NCBI GenBank assembly: GCA_002633005.1
Contig: NMRA01000026.1
Span: 1-63,836, forward strand
DNA: 63,836 nt
Reading direction: 5' to 3'
Origin: Phoronis australis
Taxonomy: Eukaryota; Animalia; Phoronida
This document shows, one piece after another, positions 27,598 through 41,400 of this stretch. Both the position numbers and the translations under genes were made by a program. The notes below the pieces were generated by a model. The model searched no databases and was not told where the DNA came from. It saw only the letters and a list, made by a program, of their open reading frames with translations. Position 1 is the first letter of the stretch, and each line of letters opens with the position of its first letter.

Positions 27598-27890
27598 AGG
27601 CCCTGGCCTTGGCTTGGGTCCTGCCTTGGCCTGGGCTTGGCAAGCGCCAGATCGATCCGACCAAATCAATGACAGTACACAGACAAATGCGTGCTTAGTT
27701 TTAAGAATTACTCGACATCCGGCAATCTATATTTACATGCAATGGCAACAACCTTTAATTGGCTTGGTTAAACCTTACATTTTGATATTATCATAGTTGA
27801 TTTTCGGTCAAATTTCGTTCTCTCTGATTCCTCACACTTCCAGACAAAAACCGGAACAAGTATCCTGAACTCTGACCTTTTTGAATAGCG

Positions 27891-27934
27891 CCCTCTCTCT
27901 TTCAGGTACGAGTGTAACACTTGATTTCGTGAAG
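27891..27934 (+). promoter_or_regulatory. Putative RPS5 TCT/5'-TOP start and non-coding first exon
   Basis: Pyrimidine tract ccctctctctttc is followed by candidate donors at 27906 (ag|gtacga) or 27935 (aag|gtatcc), and strand base skew flips here. The tract could alternatively be an acceptor. Confidence 0.55.
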
Positions 27935-28169
27935 GTATCCCCAACTTAGCCTCTTTTTCAAAGCCACTGAAATGTAGGGTTTGTCTTTCCATCATCCTCA
28001 TGATTTTCCGTGTTTACTGACCTTCACTGATTGTGAAATAAATATTTACGATGTGAACACAATTAAGATGGATAATTGAAACACCACGAGATTTTTTGTG
28101 CGTATTTGATCATGTAAATGCAGTGGATTTCAATTATAATGGCATGGTCTTTGGAAAATGTGTTTAATC

Positions 28170-28182
28170 CAAGATGGCTGCC
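28170..28182 (+). promoter_or_regulatory. YY1-like motif near the RPS5 5' end
   Basis: CAAGATGGCTGCC vs consensus CAAGATGGCGGC; downstream YY1 sites are typical of ribosomal protein genes. Confidence 0.55.
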
Positions 28183-28380
28183 CCCATGTTGCGCTTGCTT
28201 TCTGAAGAAGTTTCAGTGTTCGATTAAAACAAATGGCAACATGTGTCTAGAATAAAAGTATTCTTTTGACTGATGTAGTCAATGTGGATGTATTTAACTG
28301 CGAAATGAGAACTCATACCATTTAAAACCTATCTTAGTTTAATCTGTTGAAAGCCAAGGTGTCATACTCATACTCATCAT

Positions 28381-28862
28381 CAGTGACCACCGTCTAGGCT
28401 AGCTGACCCCAGTAGCGACTTGGTATTTTGTTTGGCGATGTCGCAAATTGCGACCTAACGATTTTGGTAGTGTTGAGCTCTGCTTTTCACTGCGGCGAGT
28501 TTGTTTATTTAAACAAATCCAGTACATAATATAATCTGCAAGGCGCCAATGTGACCTCAGATTTTGTTTAGTGACCTAGGAAAAAAAGTTGCCGCTGCGA
28601 GTATCAGAATCAAACAATACCTTAATAAGTTGCCCTATTTTCGTTCCAGAGTTAATGTTGACTTTCAGACTTTAAAATTACAAATAGTTTTCCCTAGGTT
28701 TATTCTTCTTCGTCTTCTATTCATTTTCTTAAATTGACAATTGTTCCGTTTATTTTGTGAAATGAGTGCACTTGCGACCACATCAACTTTCAGTTTTGGC
28801 GACCTTGGATTTTTGCCAGGTCCCTAAATGCAACTTGGCATGAAGCTAAGTGTTGAGTGCTG
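28381..28862. mobile_element. Decayed hAT-like MITE in RPS5 intron 1
   Basis: CAG...CTG ends with weak complementarity; clustered gcgac(c) subterminal repeats at both ends. Confidence 0.3.
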
Positions 28863-30001
28863 TAATTGGTCCATTTTGGACTTGTGTCACTAGTTGAGTG
28901 TGCTCCAAGGCATATCAGGCCAGCTCCCCATAGTATGGACATGGACTTTCGAACACGTTGAAGAATTTTGTTGATCTAGTCCTGTTTGAATTTTCTGTTG
29001 AGGAGAACACTGGTAGCTTAAAATTGGATTAGAACACGAGACATGAAGAAAGTCAATTGTAACTTAATCCCTTAAACTAAACCTCAGCCCTTTGCAGGAG
29101 TTTGGAGGATGGACCCTTTGAAAATTATTTAGGCTACTTTGAAGTTTATGTTTAATATTTTGACAAGTTCAACTGCTAAAGTGTAGTATTAATGGAATTT
29201 CTTATTCTTGAGCGACTTCACCATCCGTTAGCTCCCCTGTCAGCATCATAATGTAGAGAGTGAACTGCGTGTGTCAAGCACAGTTGTACCCAGTCTTAGA
29301 AATAGAGACATCACAACACTGTGTGAACATTGAACTTGAGGCTCGCTGTATTTTCCATCAAAGTCGATAGTTACCTGTGCTGGCTGTCCATGTCTACAAA
29401 TCCATCTAGATACTCCAGCTTTATATATTGTTAGATGCAGCATCATTCATTATTTACTGAGGGAATTGTTAGTGGAGCCATTTGAGTGTTGTCTTATTGC
29501 ACATCTGTGATTGGAGTTACTCTGTGGTGTCCCAGCATTGAACAATCACTGATGATAGTTAGTGAATCAAGGAATCTGTTGGATAGAAATTTGCCATGGG
29601 CAGAATATTTGTTTGAGATAGGCCTATGTAAAGACGTTGACAGCCTCCAGATGTGTTTGTGTACTCTCGAACTGTACTTAATACCAACGAGACTTGGATG
29701 GTTTAGACAGCTTCTTGGATTAAGATCCAACACCCTCGTCCCGCCGGTTGAAGTTTCACGGCATGTTGTCCGAAATTCACACAAGGACACTGCCATCTGG
29801 TGGTGCTTTTATCAAGTGATTATATTTTTTGTCATGCCAGTCCAGAAACTTGAATGAAACATAAACGAAGAGGCTGTTTGACAGATTTAGGGGATAGGGT
29901 ATGGTTAAGAATTGAAGAGATGCTGCCTCTTTATCAAAGTATAAATCGTGACCTTGGTTTGGATCAAGGATTAATGATAGTATTCCTCTTCAGCTGTCAA
30001 C

Positions 30002-32605
<2,604 letters not shown>

Positions 32606-34125
32606 ATACCAACTTTGATGGCGACATTGTGGGGATTGCACTGTTGAATCTTAGAGAAAAAATATAAAAATTGTGTACAGAGATTGATTCTTGTTTGTTG
32701 AGTCCAGGTTGTCCCATAGAGGGTGTTGCTGGGGATATTTTGAGTCCAAGCTTGGGAGTGCTATATTCCATAGAATAGGGTGCTAGAGACGTGCCACCAA
32801 CTCAGGTTGGCATTTTGCATGTCCTCTGTGGCAGTACATTTTGGGTATTTTCTTTGCCTTAAATCTTCTAACTGAGGTGTTTCATATCGGCATGTGCGAA
32901 CTTCACTCAAGCAGCAAGTTGCGACTGGTAGGCCATGTGACTGAAGTTTGTCCACAGGCAGGTACGAGAAATTTCCAAAGGGACATTTCTGGCGAAAATA
33001 CCCAGGGTTTTCTAGAAGTTCATTTCCCATTTGATTGGGTATTTTAATGTTAAAGTAGTCCCGTCACACTGTATGAAGTGTACACCCTGGGGAACAACTG
33101 ATAAAGCCACCGTTCACTTACGATAAAACTTCTCCAATTTGGTGCAGTGAAAAATAATCATTTTTCTCAAGGTAGGAGCTTGTCCAGAATTTAAGAATCA
33201 CTGGAAAGACGGCAAAATCATTCCATCTATACATTGGAAACGCGTCCAATACTTGAAAAATTTCGTGAAAGCCAAAATCACCATTGTCTAAAATTCCAGA
33301 ATCGAAGAAACTCCACACTATCCCTGCTTGGAGAACTTGCGATCACATTTGTGTTTAAATTCCCATTTTTCCATGACCAGAATGAACTTGAAATTGCATA
33401 TGACCAATTTTACAGCAGTTAATAGCTTCTGACATCAGACTTTGATTGGGGTGGGAGAAGACAGAGGTGATTTTTTTGGAGAAATTAAAATTAAGACATG
33501 GCCAGACGGTTCACACCAGACATGGAGATGTGTGTTGTAAAATATTTATTATCAGTACACTATAAAATATAATCAACAAATTACAAAATAATATGAAACA
33601 GTTCCTCTCATATTCTGGTCCCAAAGAGGAATGCATGAATATTGAAGGGCTACCTTGGTGTCTGGTGGATTCTAAAACGTTCGCATTAATAGAAATGACA
33701 TACAAATCTGCAGTGCACTCAACAACGCTGGTTTCGTGCAGAATGCAGCAAGCTTGTGCAATGGAAATGAGTATTTTGAGTGCATATTTGACCTCTCCTC
33801 CCATAATTCTCTTGCAATGGTGGTTTGTGAGCATGACTAATCATCTGATATCTAACAAAAAATTCATTTGAAAGTGAAACAAAAATAAGTGCACCTCAAA
33901 CAAGTTCAGTGAAAAAATAATATCTCCGATGGGAAAGCGGAGGGGAGAAACAAATAACGCGAGGGTGGGTGTGATCGTGAAAACTGGGATAAAGATCGCT
34001 TGACCACGATTACATAATGCAATAGGGAATAGTTAGAAATCTTTTCTCTGCATACATGAGAGTTGAAAGCAAAGCATGTTTCTCCGACGAACAACACTCC
34101 GGAAGTCCACTTTGACAACCTGTGG

Positions 34126-34251
34126 ATTACTCTAATTTAGTACACATAAGGTTCAATTTACTACGCCTGGGACATAAAAACATGTCTATTACTCTAATTT
34201 AGTACACATATGGTTCAATTTACTACGCCTGGGACATAAAAACATGTCTAT
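34126..34251. repeat. 62-bp tandem duplication
   Basis: attactctaatttagtacacat... at 34126 and 34188. Confidence 0.88.
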
Positions 34252-34358
34252 GGTCATGAGAACTAATGACAGTAATTTTTCCACATCATACTTCTTCACT
34301 GGATGGCTCATGATCTCCATAAATACTACGCTAATGTAACAGGAATTATACCACAAAA

Positions 34359-34454
34359 TTAAGTCTGGTCTGCACACCACCTGTTGGCCACATCAGGCGA
34401 CCAAATTAACACAAGCCTGATGTGACCAACAGGTGGTGTTCAGACCAGGCTTAA
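34359..34454. mobile_element. Short palindromic MITE (TTAA-flanked hairpin)
   Basis: ~40-bp near-perfect inverted arms with a ~15-nt loop; a half copy lies at ~51832-51865. Confidence 0.75.
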
Positions 34455-35343
34455 AAATGTTTGCAATCTACATTTCCACGCTAGTTCAAGGTTTACATGT
34501 TCACATCAGGAATAATACATTAATTCAATTCTAACATACAACACATACACACATCACAAGTACTTTATCAAAAAACAAGACAACAGCAACAAACACTAGT
34601 TGCTCAGTAGCTCTAAACAAACTCGGGACAAGTTTTTAACAGTAAAAATACTGTTCTTGCATATAACAACCATTGTATATAAATTCAGTATTAAATAACA
34701 TTTGTATATTCAATTTGAATTCATTCACATTATTTTATATTACAAAATTTCACAAGTAAGCCTACATAACAGGATTAGTGATGATATTTTCATAACAAAA
34801 CTCCGAACTGAAACTGAAAAAAGTCTAGTATGGGGCATGTATTCTCTTTCCTACAAGCCGAACAGACTTGTTTGCATACCTCTGTCTGAATGAATAAGGC
34901 CCTCGATACATCCGTCGAATAGTTGTCAGAGCAACTTTGGGAACGGAGAAAAATCAAAATGGGAAAGGACTAAGCGTTGTCCATTTTTGCATGTCTCCGA
35001 TACATTTCAAGATGGTAGGAATGAGGAGGGTGTAACCGAGCCCTTGAGGGCTCGTTCACCTAAAATGTCGAGTTATCTGTAAAACAGCAGCATATTGATA
35101 ACCTTATAACTTGACAGCAGATGACATGATCCTGGTGTTGAGTTATTGTACACAATTGTGTAGGCACGGAATACAGTTTGCATCATCATGCTTTACAAAC
35201 AACAGATGGCGTGGTCTGGCCTAAATGACCAACAAAAGAACATCACATTTTGGACAGCAAACGATTGTGGCAGCAGAATTCTGTCGATATGGCACTGACA
35301 GACAAGATGCATACGGCAAAAAGTGAGATCCTGAAGTTGTTGC

Positions 35344-35499
35344 TCACAACGCAGTCCTTTCGTCGTAAACAACGACGGATTCATTTGTGATTAAAGAGTC
35401 CAAGTCATCGTGGGGCGGAGCTATGTGTCGATTTTTCCGTGCCGCAATGGCCGCCGCACTCGTGCGTTTCATTCGATTCTTCTTCTTGGTATAGTTGAC
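35344..35499 (-). CDS. Ig/FN3 receptor last coding exon
   Basis: tttcag|GTC; VNYTKKKNRMKR...SVVVYDERTAL*. Confidence 0.82.
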   Translation of the reverse strand, partial: VNYTKKKNRMKRTSAAAIAARKNRHIAPPHDDLDSLITNESVVVYDERTAL

Positions 35500-38400
35500 C
35501 TGAAAGGAATATGTAAATGTCACAACTATCACACCTAGCGCCACCTGTGAGATAGACAGGCCATTACTTCAGGTCTGAATGAGGTGAAAACACTACAGAG
35601 CATAAAAACTTGTATACTTTGACAATGATACGAAAGTTACGTGACTTTTTAATTTCAAACCTGAAGTGAAGAACTTTGAATAAACAAAACATACCAAATT
35701 ATGTCAGGGACTTTTCTGCTTGAGTTTCATACATTTCTGGAGCTTGGTGAATGAGATACCTCACAAGAAATATTAGAAACTAAACCACATCTAGCGCCCC
35801 CTGTGACAACTTATCATTAAATAATCCCAGACTAACAGCAATAAGCAATTGAGATGTGCCTCAGCCAGGACATTTTTGTTTCCAGCACACACACACATCT
35901 GTTTCCTTGTCATTATAAAGGCTCATGACATGTCAGTGCAATAAGTCTGACTGGCAATGCTGTCTTCAGTTGGTTGTCATGACAATAAAATCTGTATGCG
36001 CACAGCCATCATGCCAGGGACAAATGGTTGTCATTTGTGTTTTTAACAGATATTGTTGAATTTGAGCCGTGTCAAAATTGTCAATTTTGGAAATATTTAA
36101 CATTTCAGCCTCAAGCCGTTAGTAATGAATACCATGCTCAAAAGCAAATCAATGGTTGCAACTTACTGGTGCATAAAGCTCATGACTGTTAGTGGACAAG
36201 CTGGTCTCTGGAACATTGGTGACCTTCACAGATCGGCTACTCTTGTCAAGGTCATTCTCACCGACAAAGTTAGGGTTCTCAAAACCTAAAAAGTGATCAT
36301 ACAAGTATATAAATCTTAACCACCAGGTATGGATCATAATAATCTCCTCTAACAGAGTTTCAAGTGGATGTCATAGAATGTGATTGCAAACCAAACAAAA
36401 GCAGGACGGCGAGGGCGCACCAGCTCTAATGTGTCGACAGTCCTGATTGGTTCTTTCATCGTCCCCAGGATCAACCTCATCGTTTATCCAACAAAAAATC
36501 AAGACGTTAGCGACACGGGATGTTTTAACTTGTCGACCATATACAAGAGTGTCTGTTACGTGACAAAACACGAGCGTTTCATGAACAACGAGCAATCATT
36601 GCTTAAATAATATTAGTGTAATGTCATAGTACTGCTCTGATATAGGTGTGGTCTACCTCAGAATTTTAATAGATTTGTGAGTGAACTAGACAATTAAAGG
36701 TAACTATTGGGTGAACATTTGTACAGAATTGATTCATTATGTTAAACGCGTAAAGTTGTGCAAGACAATGTGCCCCATTCAATCACTGACATCATATAAA
36801 ATCCTGTTTATCTGGCAACAACATGCCCGCACCTAGCCTAAAAAATAGAGGGCTCGAAATTTTGAGAATGTGGACCTTACACTAAGATTCACATGGTATG
36901 TTCAGAGCTATGAATTGTGCATTCGCCGAACTTTGGTAGATCCTGTGTCTTTTTAGTGGATTTTTGTTTCATTTTCTAATTTCTTTCGAGTTTTTTTTTC
37001 TCTGAGGCAGACCTTTTTAGCCACTTCATTGAGAGGAGGGCTTGTCCAAGTACCCCTGCGCCCCCCATGGGTGCGCGCATGTACATGCCCAGGGGTACGA
37101 AACAGAGATCCAACTATTTCATGCATCCGAAGAGCACGAGTGTTATGTCGAAAAAACGTGTTCAAATTTAGGCATTGCCAGTAATTGTAAACGGGTGTGA
37201 AGGTTGGCTTCACTCAGTCCGGATGCACTAAGTTCCCATTTCTTACCTAAGTCTGACGATGGATACGGATGTTGTATGTGTTTCAGTTGATTCTCAGGAA
37301 TGTGTGGCAAGTTGAGCTCGTCCATAGACGTGTAGGCATTGTCATAGATAGGGTCTTTACCACGGTTCTGCAAAGAAGACACTGGGCTTAAGTACGCATG
37401 ACAGAGACACTCTATAGGCATGACTGAGGATTGTTAACAGGGTATGCGGTAACATTTGTTGGACAACGTTTTCTATGGAACTAAAATGGAAAGAGTATCT
37501 TCAATACATAAGAGAAAGTGTAGCACAGAAGATTGAACAGCAGACTCTCGACTTGCCAGCGAGGCTTGACTTTGAATCGTGTTTTGGCTGGCAAGCAACG
37601 AGCATGGTCTCTTGGTGCTAGATCTCAAGTTGAGTGCATGAAACGGGGTGAACATAGTGTGAATATGTCGAGGGCCTCGTGTAAAGTGTGACTATGTCGA
37701 GGGCCTCATGTAAAGTGTGAATATGTCGAGGGCCTCGTGTAAAGTGTGAATATGTCGAGGGCCTCGTGTAAAGTGTGAATATGTCGAGGGCCTCATGTAA
37801 AGTGTGAATATGTCGAGGGCCTCGTGTAAAGTGTGAATATGTCGAGGGCCTCGTGTAAAGCACTCTTCCGCTCTGATGAAATTATACTCATTAGTAATAC
37901 TTTACAAAAAATAAGTATCAGAAATTAATATCAATATTAATATTATTAGCAGTATTATTATCATTACTAAAATTGTAATTAGTATTACCTCATAATATAT
38001 ACATAATTATGCCAGTATCATTACCTTCTTGACTTTAGAGTAGCTTGGATCTGACACTGATCGGTTGACGCCCCCATTGGAGGGACTCGTCTCACGTGTG
38101 TCGTTGGGAGTACCACTGCCCACACTCTGAGGACTATCGGTCACCTCGCCCGCCTCACCCCTTATCTTAAACGTGTTACGTGTATCCAAGGAGTACGGGT
38201 TTGGGTCATAGTCTAAGTCTGTGGATTGCACCTCGACAATGTCGAGCACAGCTGGCTTGCGCTCGGTCTCGGAGAGTTCAGTCATGGATGCGTCACCTGC
38301 ATTGGCCATGCGCGTACTAGTAGACGGAGGTATGACTGAAAGCCAAGATATCTTGAGTTTCGACCACTATCCAGAGTTAAACATCCAATCTTAGATTTAA

Positions 38401-41400
38401 ACAACACTAACACCAAAAATGCCATTTCCCAGAAATCAACACCAATGCAATATGGTCAGTTTGATACTTTTATCATAAAACCAGATACTTTTTCTTCTGG
38501 CTAAAACCCGATAAGACGACTTCCGTTATGAGGTGATGTTGCCCAGCTAGTCACGTAATTCACTTTTTTTCAGACACTCATACGGCAGATGATGCTATTC
38601 GTGATCTAACCAATCACTCGCTATCTTCAGCTTTGGGCAACACTGCTCACTCAGTCCATGTGTAATCCGATAGTAATTGCCCTCGAGATCTGTTCATGTT
38701 TGTATGTCTACCATATTATATAAGTTCACAATAAAGCACAAAACAACATAGTTACTTTGAACAGACTGGAAAACTTATCACAAAAAAGCAAAATGACACT
38801 TGACAAAATGTCCTATTCTAGCCAAAATGCTAAAAACCTAATATGTTGTACTTTGTCAGTCTGCTTGGAAGTACTCTCTACTCACAGTATCTCTGCGCCT
38901 TTTCCGTCTGCTCTTTCTTGCGAATGTTCTGACAACAGCAGCAGACGATGAGGAAAATCAACAAGAAGAGGAGGATGGCGCCGACAACGCAGACGGAAAT
39001 GAGAATTGGCAAGTTGCCAGTTTGTAGGAGGAACGGCAGGGCACTTGGCGGAGGAGCTGTCGTTTCAGCTGGACTAGTTGACGTACGTGGGGGAAGCGTT
39101 GTGGGAGCCGGCTCCAGCGGATCTGTCACCGGTACTTCAGTGGCATTTTCTGTTTGAAACAAAATGAAGGTGGCTAACTGCACAGTTCTATATAAAGTCC
39201 TTTGGTGTTTGGAATTGCTCAAGAGAGAAGCTGTGACAGTCATTAAAGCATCTTCAGTGTTGAGCACAATACAATTAGAGCAGAGAAGTAATAGTCTACG
39301 TTTTTAAATAAAAACATGCGCTGTTCAAAACGGAAACATTAAAATCATTATTTACCTTTGGTCCAACTGCAAGAAGCTTTATCACAACATAATCAATGAA
39401 TTTCATTCATATTTGAACCACAATGCCTTTTTCTTTGAATAGTCAAGACTTTTTCATCGAATATTCAATCCTTTTCTTTGAATATTCAACCTTCTTTGAA
39501 TTTTCAACCCGTTTTTCTTTGAATATTCAACCGTTTTCTTTGAATATTCATAGAGAACGCATTGTACCGACCATTGGACGTGCTACATTTCAGTTCCGGT
39601 AGAGCAGCGCATCACACACAACATGATTAGTCCTACAGAACAAAATGTAGTGTTCAGAACAGTCACACCAAGCAAACCTAAGCAAACACCTGCTGAGGGT
39701 CACCACAACACTGTAGCTGTGCTAAGACACAGTACATGATCAATGCAATCGGACAAAAAACTTCTTCCCAGTCTCTAAACCAATTATGTTTACAACAAAA
39801 AATTAAACGCTAACAACTATATTATAGTGGTACAATTCTGATTACAGAATGGCATGGCTACCTTTTTTAACTTTCCTGTTAACCTCCATTCTTTCTCGGT
39901 CATGATAAAAAATATTTTGGATTCAGCGACCACCCCCACAGGAAACTAGGGCGAGTGCTCGTCATATAGATATCGGTAGATAGTCGTATCGATTGATCAC
40001 TTTGTTTTCTTTGTTATAATAAAGATAATGGTAAGCACTTATCAGTAATCAGCTGATGTGCACCCAGGGTATGATATCCATGCAACCTGTATTGTTGTAT
40101 CCAACAAAGACGCAACAAAGGAAAACAATGGTAGTGTCCCATAGGCAATAACCATGCGACACGCTTGTCCTTGCGAAATCCATGATACCATTTGGCATGG
40201 GCCAGCCGTTATAACGTGGAATTCCGTGTCATTTTGTTTGAATACTTTTGGCTTGAACCATATATATAGGGCAAAAAGCGTAGATCGTTCTGGTCTGCGG
40301 TTGTTTTGAAAATTGAGGTAGTCAGTGACACCGCATTCTTTTAGTTGTTCATTTCCCAAGAACAAAATGTACCAAGCATCAGTGGTAAAGTTTTAGTTGT
40401 TCATTTTCCCAAGAACAAAATGTACCAGGCATCAGTGGTAAAGTTTTCCCTCCATTGACACGAGGAGGGTTGAAACCATAGACATCTTAATGTGATGTCT
40501 ATGGTTGAAACCCATTCATTTGAGAGAGAGGCTTTAGCCTCTTTTTAATCAACTGAGGTCATTAAGTAGGTCAGCATGGCTCTGTTGACATGTCGTTTCA
40601 GTCATCTGAAAATAAGTTGGGATGCCTTCATGTGCCTTATGAAAAAAAATTAACAATTGTGTGGATCGGCAGGTTTCAAAATGTGACGGGTGGAAGGGAA
40701 CCGGAAATAATGACTTTACTTGCTTTTTCAGGTCTTAACTACCCATGCCTTTATCAAACGCAGATGGAGAAAAATCTGATCAATTTCGGTCCAAAAGAAT
40801 AACAAAATTTGACTTTTAAATTTTCACAGCTTTCTCATAGTGTTACTAATGTGTTACCAAAAATTCTGTCCGACAGTCGACACAAAATAGAATTAAAAAA
40901 TTAATTTCATGCCTACTTATATTTTAGGAAGTTAAAATCAAACGAAAACACAGTAGCCCTTGTCAGTCATAACCAGGTTATCGAAACAATAAAAGTTAGG
41001 AAAAATGAGATGAAGCACACGGTGTTTTGCAACACGCAGTAGCAGTGTGACCTTGACATTGAACAACAGCAAATCAAGATAGACTAAACCAAGATATTCC
41101 AAACAATAAAAAACAAAACGTGAAAAGCAGTGCACCTCTGTCTACGGTGTGAAAGTCTGAAGTGGTGTTGGTAGACGCAGAGACTGAAATGGAGAGTGGA
41201 CACATACAAACATCAAGCAATCCAAACGCACATAAGCTGTTACAAATACTTATTGTCAAAAGGTTGACAAATCTTTTCAATATTCGTCTGGTTGGGTCAA
41301 GATAATAGTGAAAACCCAAAGGGATACCAGGAAAAAGATAACATCAACTCATTTGAGAATTAGTCAAACACTTTGCTCCAAAATTTCGAAGAGATGTCAT

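Noticed and set aside
29486-29857. Overlapping 123-aa and 100-aa ORFs in RPS5 intron 1
   Set aside because: No homology motifs or convincing splice sites; likely chance ORFs.
36371-36595. Additional cytoplasmic exon (DEVDPGDDERTNQ)
   Set aside because: No phase-compatible strong acceptor, and the flanking exons already join in frame.
37618-37863. Repetitive ORF / CRISPR-like 29-bp array
   Set aside because: Head-to-tail repeats with no unique spacers, located in an intron of a eukaryotic gene; a minisatellite.
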